Positions 9,679-18,790 are shown, counted from the stretch's first letter. The stretch is DNA of 32,000 bases from Gottschalkia acidurici 9a (GCF_000299355.1 NC_018664.1:1440380-1472379), one strand, 5' to 3'. Notes: generated from the letters alone by a model not told the origin. Translations and numbers: made by a program.

Positions 9679-11319
9679 TTACCTTTTTTCATATTTAGCA
9701 CCAAACATAACTATATCTATATTTTCTCCATCCCATGTAATTCTGTCTACTAAATTTCTAATTAGACTTCTCTTTTCATCATCTTCGGCATCATCAATCG
9801 TATTCTTAAAAATATTTATCATACGGTTCATTATTTCAAAATTTTCTTCTAGAGAGTGCTTGTCATCAATGCTTTCCCTTAAATCTAATAACTTTTCTTT
9901 AAGATTAGCATTTTCACTTTCGAGTTTATTAATTTGATCTAATATGTGCTTAGCTGCAAGACTTCCTTCTCCTTGTGCTAGAGCATTGATTAAGTTAGCT
10001 ATAGACTTGTTGTTAGATTCAATGTTTTTTTTAAGTATATCAATTTCAGACTCTATATTACTTTGAGATGTTTCTACAGCTACTTTATCATCTTTAATTT
10101 TACTATGAAGTCTTGATTCTTGAGAGGATAATCTTTTAAGTTCTTCTATAACTAATTTATCTAATTTATCACCTCGAATATTCTTGATGTTACAGTTCTG
10201 CCCACGACTCTTTTCTTTTAACTCACATAGATAATAGTATGCTATAGATTTATCTTTGTTAACTCTAGTAGCACCTTTTCTCATGAAACTGCCACAGTTT
10301 TCACAAATCAGTATTCCACTTAATAAAGCATTTGTATTTATGTATCTCTTTCTTAATCCTTTGTCTCTATTCATTTCCATTATTTCATTAGCTTTAATCC
10401 ACATATCACTTGAGATAATACCTTCGTGATCCCCAACAGATATTATCCAGTCTGATTGGTCTCTATTTCTATCAGTAGTACCTTTTACTTGTGTAGTCTT
10501 ATTGTAAGCCATGACTCCATGCTCTCCATCAAAATCAGTTTCATCGGCAAATATTGCATGGCCATTGCCTATAAGATAATTGTAAAGCTTTTTATCTGCT
10601 GTAGCATATACTGGATTCTCTAAGATTATTTTTAAAGTATGTACATAGAAGTTAGCACCATTTTTTGATTTTATATTATTTCGTAGACAATAAGTTTCTA
10701 ATCCAGTAAGAGATTTGATCTCAATATACTTATTATATAACAATTTCACTAACTCAACTTCTTCTTGTACAGTTGATAATTTGTATGCTTTTCTTTGTTT
10801 TCCATTTTGATCCAACATTATAATTTCCTTAGAGATAAATCCGGTAGGAGTAATACCTCCTAGCCAGCGCCCAGTCTTAGCTAATTGTTGCAAGTTATCT
10901 CTTATTCTTTCCGCTATAGTTTCTCTCTCTAGTTGAGCAAATACACTAGCAATGTACATCATAGCTCTACCCATAGGGGTAGAGGTGTCAAACTGCTCTC
11001 TTATAGACACAAAAGAAACATTATAGTTTTGTAGCTCTTCTATAAGTACGGCAAAGTCTGCTATATTTCTGCTTATTCTATCTAACCTATAGCATATAAG
11101 TACGTCAAATTTCTTTTGCTTAGCATCCTTTAACATAAGTTGAAATTGAGGTCTATCAGTAGTCCCACCAGAAAAACCTTCATCTTCATATACTGTTATA
11201 TCGTCATTTGAAATATTAAAATGATTATATGCGTACTCTTTACACATTTGTACCTGATTCTCAATAGATTCACCTTTACCGGTAAATTTTGATTTACGTG
11301 AATAGATTACAGCTTTCAT
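9679..11319 (-). CDS. spoIVCA: Large serine recombinase (SpoIVCA-like sigK element excisionase)
   Basis: 546 aa. Resolvase catalytic domain (AVIYSRKSKF..ENQ, ..LICYRLDRISRN), recombinase domain, zinc ribbon (CENCGS..YYYLC) and a long coiled-coil tail. AAAGGGG RBS. The 3' end lies 60 bp from the left junction. Confidence 0.93.
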   Translation of the reverse strand: MKAVIYSRKSKFTGKGESIENQVQMCKEYAYNHFNISNDDITVYEDEGFSGGTTDRPQFQLMLKDAKQKKFDVLICYRLDRISRNIADFAVLIEELQNYNVSFVSIREQFDTSTPMGRAMMYIASVFAQLERETIAERIRDNLQQLAKTGRWLGGITPTGFISKEIIMLDQNGKQRKAYKLSTVQEEVELVKLLYNKYIEIKSLTGLETYCLRNNIKSKNGANFYVHTLKIILENPVYATADKKLYNYLIGNGHAIFADETDFDGEHGVMAYNKTTQVKGTTDRNRDQSDWIISVGDHEGIISSDMWIKANEIMEMNRDKGLRKRYINTNALLSGILICENCGSFMRKGATRVNKDKSIAYYYLCELKEKSRGQNCNIKNIRGDKLDKLVIEELKRLSSQESRLHSKIKDDKVAVETSQSNIESEIDILKKNIESNNKSIANLINALAQGEGSLAAKHILDQINKLESENANLKEKLLDLRESIDDKHSLEENFEIMNRMINIFKNTIDDAEDDEKRSLIRNLVDRITWDGENIDIVMFGAKYEKR

Positions 11320-11348
11320 TTTAAAACCCCTTTATGTTTATTATGTCA

Positions 11349-11357
11349 ATTATATCA
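11349..11357 (-). promoter_or_regulatory. Candidate extended -10 (TGATATAAT) upstream of the recombinase gene
   Basis: The minus strand reads tttGATATAATtgac about 30 nt upstream of the start. There is no convincing -35 and no clear CATA-type mother-cell -10. Confidence 0.3.
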
Positions 11358-11427
11358 AATTTTGAAATAATAAAAAGCTAATAAGTTAATAATAGATTCA
11401 ATATTTATTATATTTATTTAAAAACAT

Positions 11428-11464
11428 AATAAGAGGCCGAATATAAAGTAGTCAGCCTCTTATT
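11428..11464 (-). terminator. Hairpin terminator after the Coat_F gene pair
   Basis: 10-bp stem aataagaggc / gcctcttatt with a 17-nt loop. On the minus strand it is followed by a T-rich tract. Confidence 0.55.
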
Positions 11465-11478
11465 GTGTAAAACTATAA

Positions 11479-11772
11479 CTATTTTATTGTATCTTGAGAT
11501 TCACTATAAGCATCTAGTAATTGTTGAGTAGGCGTATTATAAGGTTTTTCCCATCCTTTTTGAACAGATAGTTCTGTTACTGCAGTATGTCCGCCTAATA
11601 CTTGGTTTAAGCTTGCTAAATACATTGCTCTTAATTCTGGAGTAGTGGCAGCCATACTAGAAGTAAGATATGCTGTTGCACCAGCAGAAGCACTAGAAAT
11701 CATGCTGTTAGCTATAACTTCATCACTTATATTTGTAGTATCTTTTACTTTATTAGTAAGAAAAGAAGCCAT
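11479..11772 (-). CDS. Spore coat protein, Coat_F-domain family
   Basis: GGGAGG lies 8 nt upstream of ATG 11772; the listed start 11811 overlaps the upstream gene. ISDEVIANSMISS..TPELRAMYLASLNQVLGGH..QKGWEKPY fits the Coat_F pattern. Confidence 0.75.
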   Translation of the reverse strand: MASFLTNKVKDTTNISDEVIANSMISSASAGATAYLTSSMAATTPELRAMYLASLNQVLGGHTAVTELSVQKGWEKPYNTPTQQLLDAYSESQDTIK

Positions 11773-11773
11773 A

Positions 11774-11992
11774 TTATTGTACCTCCCTTGTTGGTGTAAC
11801 TTGATTTTCATTAATAAACTGTTGAATTCCTTTTATTCTTCCCTCTGTTGCTAGAATACCAGCTTCAGCTTGTCTTTTTAAATCTTCATCTGTAATTAGT
11901 GTCTGCATAGCTTTAGAAACTATTAGACCATCTTTCTCCATCTTTAATAAGCCTGTTAGTGATAATAATTCACTTTCCGTAAGTTTTCTCAT
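11774..11992 (-). CDS. Small spore-coat-protein-like partner (Coat_F-related)
   Basis: 72 aa with a GGAGG RBS. LTESELLSLTGLLKMEKDGL..DEDLKRQ resembles the short coat protein usually encoded directly upstream of Coat_F genes. Confidence 0.55.
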   Translation of the reverse strand: MRKLTESELLSLTGLLKMEKDGLIVSKAMQTLITDEDLKRQAEAGILATEGRIKGIQQFINENQVTPTREVQ

Positions 11993-12042
11993 CTTTTAAC
12001 CTCCAACTTGAAAATTAATTTTGATAACATCAATAGTATGTC

Positions 12043-12072
12043 AATTTTAGGACATAACATTCCAGGAACTAA
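12043..12072 (-). promoter_or_regulatory. Candidate mother-cell (sigma-E/K-type) promoter of the coat gene pair
   Basis: The minus strand reads GAATGTT-N15-CATACTAT, about 45 nt upstream of the start. Confidence 0.35.
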
Positions 12073-12331
12073 ATACCAAAAAAAGAATCAATCAAGCAGG
12101 ATTTATATAGATATGAAATAATTGAAACAGAAGAATAACTTTTTATATACAGAAGTTTAAAAAGTCTGTAAGTAACTAGTAAGTTGGAAAGTTAGTGAGT
12201 TTATAGAGATAAAAAAATTATAACTCCTGAAATATTTGAAGAATTAAAAGGATGGAGGGATTAAAGGGAAGCACAGTTGGTTCCCAAATTGGATAGTATG
12301 AACCAACTGCAATTTAGAAATAGCAGATTAT

Positions 12332-12535
12332 CTAACTCATTTTTATACAAGGATAAGAGCCTTTTATATTATCACGATGATACTTACCTTTAGAAGAGGC
12401 AGTTAGTAACCCTTCGTATATATGTTGCGGAATTTCACTATAAGCATATGTGCCGCTATGAAATTCAATTAATAAGTTTTTAGATGAAGGATCATAACTA
12501 ATAGTTTTCAAGTTACTTGAAGATACAGGTATCAT
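12332..12535 (-). CDS. KTSC-domain protein
   Basis: 67 aa with an AGGAGGTG RBS. SSNLKTISYDPSSKNLLIEFHSGTYAYSEIPQHIYEGLLTASSKGKY is the KTSC (lysyl-tRNA-synthetase C-terminal-like) domain pattern. Confidence 0.75.
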   Translation of the reverse strand: MIPVSSSNLKTISYDPSSKNLLIEFHSGTYAYSEIPQHIYEGLLTASSKGKYHRDNIKGSYPCIKMS

Positions 12536-12793
12536 TTAAATACATTCACCTCCTATAAGCAAATATTATTATATGAAAAGAAGTGGATAATTAAACAAGA
12601 AGATACTGGTTAACATAAAAAGTGAAAATTGACAAGAAGCATTAGAGAGTAATATCAGTAATAATATGGGCTATAATTAGCACTAATAAAATCACTAGAT
12701 GATAAAACAATTAGATTAATGACAAAGTTAAAGTTAATAGGACAAAACATATAAGGCATATATATAAACACTAGCAATAAGGAGTTGAGTGTT

Positions 12794-13000
12794 TTGAATA
12801 TCAGAGTACACTTTCCTACGACGGAGGAAGGAATGGAGGAATTACAAGAGAGGATAGATGAAGCACATGCACATTTAATTATGAATCGTATAAATAACCT
12901 TAACTGGAGTTATGAGGACAAAATTGCTTTAGTTAAGCAAATAAGAGGAGAGCTAAAAAGAAGAGGTGAGCAGAAAGTGTCCTTGGAGGCACCTAGTTAG
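12794..13000 (+). CDS. Hypothetical small protein (mobile-element associated)
   Basis: AAGGAG lies 9 nt upstream of TTG 12794; the listed start 12785 abuts the RBS. Helical and charged, about 68 aa. No family assignable by eye. Confidence 0.5.
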   Translation: MNIRVHFPTTEEGMEELQERIDEAHAHLIMNRINNLNWSYEDKIALVKQIRGELKRRGEQKVSLEAPS

Positions 13001-13127
13001 TAAAGAAAAGGAGAGTTCATATATAAATTTAAGAATATCTTGCAAAGCGAGTGAATTATTAACTTCATGAAGTTAATAATAAATGAACTTGGATAGAAAT
13101 TGATATTAACTATATTTATTAAGAAAG

Positions 13128-13315
13128 ATGGTGAATGAGAATGAATTTAAATTACGTAAACACCACGTGAAATATTAGGTTTAAGTAGAAATGACGTAGT
13201 GGGATCACTAGTTGATAGAAAAATAGATATAAATTAAGAGGTCTAACATGCTCTGAAAGAGGAGCAAGGAATCCATCGCCAGATATTATTGTAGAACTTT
13301 TTTAAATATAGAAAG
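13128..13315 (+). pseudogene. Decayed XRE-type HTH regulator remnant
   Basis: Broken frames read ..NEFKLRK / TPREILGLSRNDVVGSLVDRKIDIN* / ..PSPDIIVELF*, which resembles an XRE HTH disrupted by frameshifts and stops. Confidence 0.35.
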
Positions 13316-13513
13316 AACCATTTTAAACTTAAAGAGATTTCAGATATAAATGAAGAATAGGACAAGCATATAGTTATGAAATACTAGATAACATAGATTG
13401 AATAATTTAAGGAACATAGTACTGAAGCTACTACAAGAACATAGAGAATTATATGACGTATTAAGTAAATTACTTACCATAATTACTAATATGAAAGCAT
13501 TCCTAAACTAGTA

Positions 13514-13885
13514 ATGATTGATAAGAGACTTAGTATAGAAATTAAGGCTATATATGTCTACATGGCAAGCTATGCAGGAGCAGAAGACACAGCTTTTCCT
13601 GGAGTTGAATTAATGATAGAGCATTTACGTATAAGCGAAAAAAGATTTTATAAATATAGAAAGGAGTTAGTAGATCAAGACTATGTTTCAATAACTAAAA
13701 CTAGGAAAGAGAATAACATCTATACACTAAATCAAATAATAAAATCTCAACACAGTCAATTTGAATGCGTTCAAAGTGTTGCTACTAATAATAGTAGTAT
13801 TAAAAAACAACACAATAAAAAAATAGAAAAAGTCATGTGTGTGTTAGATAAAAAATTGTTTTTGATAAGGCTAGAAAGATACTAA
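13514..13885 (+). CDS. Helix-turn-helix (HTH_36 / phage replication-initiator N-terminal-like) protein, probably truncated
   Basis: LSIEIKAIYVYMASYAG..AFPGVELMIEHLRISEKRFYKYRKELVDQDYVSITK is the HTH_36-type pattern. There is no RBS, the C-terminal half is low-complexity, and broken reading frames continue to about 14120. Confidence 0.45.
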   Translation: MIDKRLSIEIKAIYVYMASYAGAEDTAFPGVELMIEHLRISEKRFYKYRKELVDQDYVSITKTRKENNIYTLNQIIKSQHSQFECVQSVATNNSSIKKQHNKKIEKVMCVLDKKLFLIRLERY

Positions 13886-14203
13886 AAGTATCTAATGAAG
13901 ACATTGACATTGTAAAAGAGAAATATGAAATTACTAAGATATCTGGGTATAAAATCTAATGATATTCAAGATAAAAGCAATATAAGAGAATAGGTAGATG
14001 CCTATTTCACAGTTTTAAGCAAAGGATAAGTAAATATAGTCTAGAATAATTGGAAAAGACGATACTTGAAAGAAGACAGGAAAGTAATTTAAAAGACTTA
14101 GACTATGTTAGAATAATTCCTTAGTAAAAAAAGTAAGTGGACAAACTCCACTTACCCCAAGTTTAAAAATAAAATAAGGTGCGATTGTTAATATTAGTTT
14201 AAT

Positions 14204-14695
14204 TTAATATATCATATAGTCATCATCATTATAGTCATAAGACCTATCATAATCTTTATGGTTATCACTATGCTTACGACGATCACAATCTTCCAAGATT
14301 TCAAAAGCTCTAGCTACTTTATTTGCAAAATCTATAGGATCATCTATAGAAAAAAAGTGAATATAAAATAATCTTGGCTTGTCAAATAGCCAGTGATTAT
14401 GAAGAGCTGTAACTTCAATGCCTTCTCTACGAAGTTCACTAATAAATGGATTAATTTCTTCTTGCAATATAACAGTTTCTCCTAAGTTTAGAGTTTTACC
14501 TTTACAATCCATTGATTCAAATGAAAAAAGAGCGTTAAGAACAAGTGGACTTTCAGTTCGTATTCCTTCAATGGTTGCTTTAATATTTCTCATACGCGTT
14601 ACTGCACATAGACCATCAGTGGATGTTAAAATCTCACTTTCAAGAATACGTGCGAATCTTCTACACAAGTTAGATGAACTATTATTTGAACTCAT
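14204..14695 (-). CDS. DUF1259-domain protein with acidic Tyr-rich C-terminal tail (putative coat-associated)
   Basis: GGGGGAG RBS. GETVILQEEINPFISELRREGIEVTALHNHWLFDKPRLFYIHF is the DUF1259 (LppY/LpqO) core. No signal peptide. The tail reads HKDYDRSYDYNDDDYMIY. Confidence 0.8.
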   Translation of the reverse strand: MSSNNSSSNLCRRFARILESEILTSTDGLCAVTRMRNIKATIEGIRTESPLVLNALFSFESMDCKGKTLNLGETVILQEEINPFISELRREGIEVTALHNHWLFDKPRLFYIHFFSIDDPIDFANKVARAFEILEDCDRRKHSDNHKDYDRSYDYNDDDYMIY

Positions 14696-14717
14696 TATTA
14701 TTTCTCCCCCTCAATAA

Positions 14718-14744
14718 TATAGTATGTCCAAGGCTTAAAATTGT
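14718..14744 (-). promoter_or_regulatory. Sigma-K-type promoter of the DUF1259 gene
   Basis: The minus strand reads AC-N16-CATACTATA, a full match to the B. subtilis sigma-K consensus AC-N16/17-CATAnnnTA. The -10 lies about 25 nt upstream of the start. Confidence 0.55.
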
Positions 14745-14949
14745 TACTAAAAATTATAAGGAGGTGAATATTTTAATAGATTATATGAGTTATTAGAGGT
14801 GTACTTTAATAGCTAGTGGTGTCTTGTAAAAGCTAAGTATCATAATAAGTGTCCGTGATATAGGATTAGATATTTTATTCTTGGTTCAATCATGGTCTCA
14901 TAAGAGAAAAATAATGGCAGTGCTAGATCATATACTCTCAGATCAGATT

Positions 14950-15455
14950 CACTTCAGTCTTATTCATCATTTAGATCACCAGTAGCATGCAATATTTGGA
15001 CTTTCTAAATATAAACATTTGTATAGTACCTGAGGTAGAATTCTCATAGATATATATTTACTTCTGTCTTTTTTTATATCTTTGTTTTCATAAGCAGCAA
15101 TAAAATTCCATCCACGATCGTTAACTGCTGTTATACGTACAGTTCCTTGTATCATATAAGCCCACTCTGATTGCTGATGCCAATGAACCTCACGTATGCC
15201 ACCAGGTGTCAATCGCTTCCATTGTGGTTGCTACTGGAAGTTCCCTAGCAGTAATCTCACGAGACTGTCCACTTCGTCTTAATACCATAGTAGTATCAGA
15301 AAAAGAAAATTTCAAGTTGGGAATCACACCAGTATCTGTAGCATGTGAGACAAGCATGTTATGATTTCGAAGATCCCGAAGGATATTACGTGGGTCTGCA
15401 TCGGTTGCACCATCTCCATTTTTTATAGGATGTGGTATATATCCAGTAAGTTAGT
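14950..15455 (-). pseudogene. Oxalate decarboxylase (bicupin OxdC/OxdD-like) remnant
   Basis: The minus strand reads [67 protein letters not shown], then a frameshift, then [34 protein letters not shown]. It is colinear with the B. subtilis OxdC N-terminus. The start codon is missing, the frame is shifted, and the gene is truncated within the first cupin. Confidence 0.8.
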
Positions 15456-15555
15456 TACTATTACTCTAATATCTTATTAAGTAAGGATAATATGATTAAC
15501 ACAAATAGCTTGGATAGCATGGATCAATATAAACTAATGAGATGCTCACAGTTAC

Positions 15556-15792
15556 TTTACATTTAGAGAGTACTGTGCAGAATAAATTTAAGGCTCATTA
15601 ACGGACATATTATTTAAGTTGCAATTTAATAAATAGAAATGTTTTTGAAAATTAAATAATACGGTGTTCAAAGGTTGATGAAATTTATGTCGAACCATAA
15701 AATATATGTTACATATGGTATAGTATTAGTATACGTTAAGTTGTAGTAATTAGATATTGTGTCATAGTTCATTTACAAAGGAGAAGGACATA
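15556..15792 (+). repeat. Repeat module R1 (conserved leader/promoter region)
   Basis: Starts tttacatttagagagtactgtgcagaata. Colinear with 16672-16914 by eye at roughly two-thirds identity. Ends at the RBS of the 15793 gene. Confidence 0.75.
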
Positions 15793-16044
15793 ATGAAAAA
15801 AGATATAAATATAAAAAAATTATATTTATTCACATTTCTATCTTTCATTTTAATCTTATTATTTCTTTATTTATTTTCACAGAAAGCTCCATACTTTTAT
15901 ACGGGATTCGATTACCATACAATACCAAATAGATTAAGCAAACTTGCAAACTTCACATTTATAATTTTAATTCTGATTAACTTTATATGTGTATTATTAT
16001 CTATTTTTTATTCAATAAAGATAATATTTAATAAAATTAAGTAA
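15793..16044 (+). CDS. Small membrane protein (2 TM)
   Basis: AAGGAGAAGG RBS upstream of ATG 15793. About 83 aa with two hydrophobic spans. Confidence 0.6.
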   Translation: MKKDINIKKLYLFTFLSFILILLFLYLFSQKAPYFYTGFDYHTIPNRLSKLANFTFIILILINFICVLLSIFYSIKIIFNKIK

Positions 16045-16151
16045 CAGTCTGACTTAGTTTGTTCTACACTAACTGAGTCACAAAATTATTGTTTTATAAC
16101 ATAACTGTTAAAGAATATGCAATAATACGATAGATAATAAGAGGTGAATTT

Positions 16152-16349
16152 ATGGATAAAAGAGATAAACAAGGTAAACACATGATAGGGAAATGTAAAA
16201 AAAATTCTATGATTAATTTGTCAGAGTCAATAAATCGTTCAACAATAGGTGATTTAGGTGAGTTAACAAGATTGGGATGGATCTCCAATATTATCATTAT
16301 AGTTATTATTATTGGAATATTATTTTTTCTCTCCAAATGCTCTAATTAA
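16152..16349 (+). CDS. Small membrane protein (basic N-terminus, single C-terminal TM)
   Basis: AAGAGGTG lies 7 nt upstream of the ATG. 65 aa, ending ..WISNIIIIVIIIGILFFLSKCSN. Confidence 0.6.
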   Translation: MDKRDKQGKHMIGKCKKNSMINLSESINRSTIGDLGELTRLGWISNIIIIVIIIGILFFLSKCSN

Positions 16350-16440
16350 GTTAAATCATAATCATATTAGAGTATTATGATGTAAAAACATATCAGTAAA
16401 CACGCTTGATCTATAATATTTATAACTTGAGGGTTACTTA

Positions 16441-16488
16441 TATTATTCAAAGTTGAATTTTACGGTATTATTATATTTAAATTCAAGT
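16441..16488 (+). repeat. Repeat S1 (conserved promoter-like sequence)
   Basis: tattattcaaagTTGAATtttacggtattattatatTTAAATtcaa matches 18745-18790, with the same 18-nt spacing between the -35-like and -10-like hexamers. Confidence 0.6.
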
Positions 16489-16547
16489 AAAAAGATAAGT
16501 TTAAAGTCAGCAAGATTAGAAAGGAGCTTATGAAATAGAGGTGACAT

Positions 16548-16649
16548 ATGGAAGATAAGAAAGAAAAACTAAAAGAACAAATGAAGGAATATATAGATAA
16601 TTTACTTAGATTAGCAGAAGATGAAGGACGCTGGACTATTTTGAAATAG
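16548..16649 (+). CDS. Possible 33-aa ORF (MEDKKEKLKEQMKEYIDNLLRLAEDEGRWTILK)
   Basis: GAGGTG RBS 5 nt upstream. Lies downstream of the S1 promoter-like repeat. Below the ORF-track length cutoff, with no homology assignable. Confidence 0.3.
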   Translation: MEDKKEKLKEQMKEYIDNLLRLAEDEGRWTILK

Positions 16650-16671
16650 AAGTAAAAAACAATAAAGGTCA

Positions 16672-16914
16672 TTTACATTTAGAAAGTACTATACAGAATA
16701 GGTCTAGAGTTTATTAATAGATAAACTGTTTAAATTACAGCTAAACTCATATAAAAGTTCTTCGAAAATCGAATAATGTGGTGTTTAAAAGTTAACGTGC
16801 TTTTACCTAGCTATAAGATATGTGGAAAATATGGTATAATTTTGATAGTAATTAATTCATAATCGTTAGATATTATGTACAAGCAGTAAGTAAGTCTATA
16901 GGAGGAATTAGTCA
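16672..16914 (+). repeat. Repeat module R2
   Basis: Starts tttacatttagaaagtactatacagaata, is colinear with R1, and ends at a GGAGG RBS. Confidence 0.75.
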
Positions 16915-17250
16915 TTGTATAAGGAAAAAACGAAAATCATCAAACTCATTTTAGAAAAAGATTTAGAGTCTTTATATGTGGGAGTATGATCTCAGCTACC
17001 CTTTTAGGGGTATATGGTCAGGATATTGCTTATTATATAAGTGACCATATAGAAAAATTATCTCCTGTGTATTGTAAGCAATAACACTGATAAGTATAGT
17101 ATTGTTTTTAACTACATCCATATTAATATATATACCCATAAAAAACAAAAACTGAAAAGATTTATTCCATATTTGATTATTAATAGTCTTATAGGTATGT
17201 TGATTTCTATGCTTTCATTATTAGTTATGATTATGTGGTGGGGATAATGG
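16915..17250 (+). pseudogene. Decayed gene downstream of R2 (membrane-protein remnant)
   Basis: GGAGG plus TTG 16915 opens a 24-codon ORF. Hydrophobic segments follow in broken frames (..MISATLLGVYG.., ..FIPYLIINSLIGMLISMLSLLVMIMWWG*). Confidence 0.35.
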
Positions 17251-17316
17251 TAATTACTTTATAATTTTTAGATATAATAAAAATGGGCAAACATTCATGA
17301 AACTGTAAAAGAAGAA

Positions 17317-17523
17317 ATGAATCAAACTATTTTTGTGAAAGATGGCAAGGTAATATGTCATCTACATGGGAATCCTGAAAATACTGGAATAGGGTTCAAC
17401 TTTGGTACATATCTGCTAAATTCAAAAGAAGGCAGATACATTAGTTTTATGTCAAAATCAAAGTTATCATTTAAAATTACGGTCTCAGAGAATGGTATAA
17501 GATATTTTGAATATGTTAAATAA
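17317..17523 (+). CDS. Hypothetical protein
   Basis: 68-aa ORF with a weak RBS and no recognisable family. Confidence 0.3.
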   Translation: MNQTIFVKDGKVICHLHGNPENTGIGFNFGTYLLNSKEGRYISFMSKSKLSFKITVSENGIRYFEYVK

Positions 17524-18039
17524 ATTAATATTCTTCGCAATATTATTTTACGACACAATAGTTAGATAATGCTATATCTGTAATTATGATAGCAGGATAT
17601 GAAAAAAGTTATCTTACTTTTTCGTGATTATTTTTTGAATTGGTGTAAAATCACTTGTTATCTTTCTTTTACCAATACCGAATTCAAAAAGAAATGTATT
17701 TACAACTGACATAAAGATGGTGATAAATCTACCAGATGAAGCAGATTGTGAAGCGATTGTAAGAACTTATACAGCAAAATAATTTAATAAATTTAATATC
17801 CATCAACTCACTAAAATTAAAGATAAAGTAGGAGGAAACATAGAGGGTGATATTCTAGCACTATACTTAAAAGACGGAAAAGGGATTTTGAATTTTTTCT
17901 TTAAAAAAATAAAACTAATGTAAGTTTTGATGATGTTTCGGATGTTAAAATAACTGCTTTTTCTACAATGGGATTGGCCACAGTAGATGAACAGGAAAAG
18001 AGAGTAATCAACGGACAACTTAAATAAGATGAGAAAGGA

Positions 18040-18237
18040 ATGTATTCTTATGAGATCCAACGTTACTATACTCAGTATGAAAAATGGTTTATGGAGTCCA
18101 TTCTTATAGAAGTAAAGTATCAAATTGATGGAAATGGATATGTATCAGTATTTGCAGTAACTACAACAAATGCAGAAGATGGTTCCAATTTCTTTGAAAA
18201 CGAAACATTAAATAATCCTATTGAACCTGAAGAATAA
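18040..18237 (+). CDS. Hypothetical protein
   Basis: 65-aa ORF with an AGAAAGGA RBS. Preceded by a frameshifted ORF remnant (17830-18028). Confidence 0.4.
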   Translation: MYSYEIQRYYTQYEKWFMESILIEVKYQIDGNGYVSVFAVTTTNAEDGSNFFENETLNNPIEPEE

Positions 18238-18325
18238 AATCAGTAAAGTTACAGATATTTAATTTTAAAGGTCAGTATCTATGTTGAGACTTTTTCTATT
18301 CAAAATAAATAGGAGGTGTAGAGAA

Positions 18326-18730
18326 TTGAGTAAGCATAAGGCAGATTTGGATTTAAGATCAAGTATGATTTTAGCTCTTATACTATTAGCTTTATCACTA
18401 ATTGTAAGTCAGATTTCTGATGAAAAGATTAAAATGAATATAATAATTATTTTATTTAGCATTATGACTATTGCACTACTATATAGAAGTTATAAAGACT
18501 TTAAAGATAAGACTTACTCTACTACTATATTTATAGCATTAACTAACATAGCAATAATCATTTTAGGTATATTATATATGTTTGTATTTTTAAGATACTA
18601 TCAAGTTACAGACATTAACCTTATAATAAAGATGAGAAAAACTGAACGTATACTTAGTGTATTTATATTTGCTATGATATTTTTAAAAAACTTTTTAAGA
18701 AGCGAAAGATTTGTAAATAGAGATAAATAG
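18326..18730 (+). CDS. Membrane protein (about 4 TM)
   Basis: AGGAGG lies 9 nt upstream of in-frame TTG 18326. 134 aa with four hydrophobic spans. Confidence 0.6.
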   Translation: MSKHKADLDLRSSMILALILLALSLIVSQISDEKIKMNIIIILFSIMTIALLYRSYKDFKDKTYSTTIFIALTNIAIIILGILYMFVFLRYYQVTDINLIIKMRKTERILSVFIFAMIFLKNFLRSERFVNRDK

Positions 18731-18744
18731 TATTTAAAACACCG

Positions 18745-18790
18745 TATTATTCAAAACTGAATTTTACGATGTTCTTATGTTAAAATTCAA
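18745..18790 (+). repeat. Repeat S2
   Basis: tattattcaaaaCTGAATtttacgatgttcttatgtTAAAATtcaa is a copy of S1, again placed immediately after a membrane-protein gene. Confidence 0.6.
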
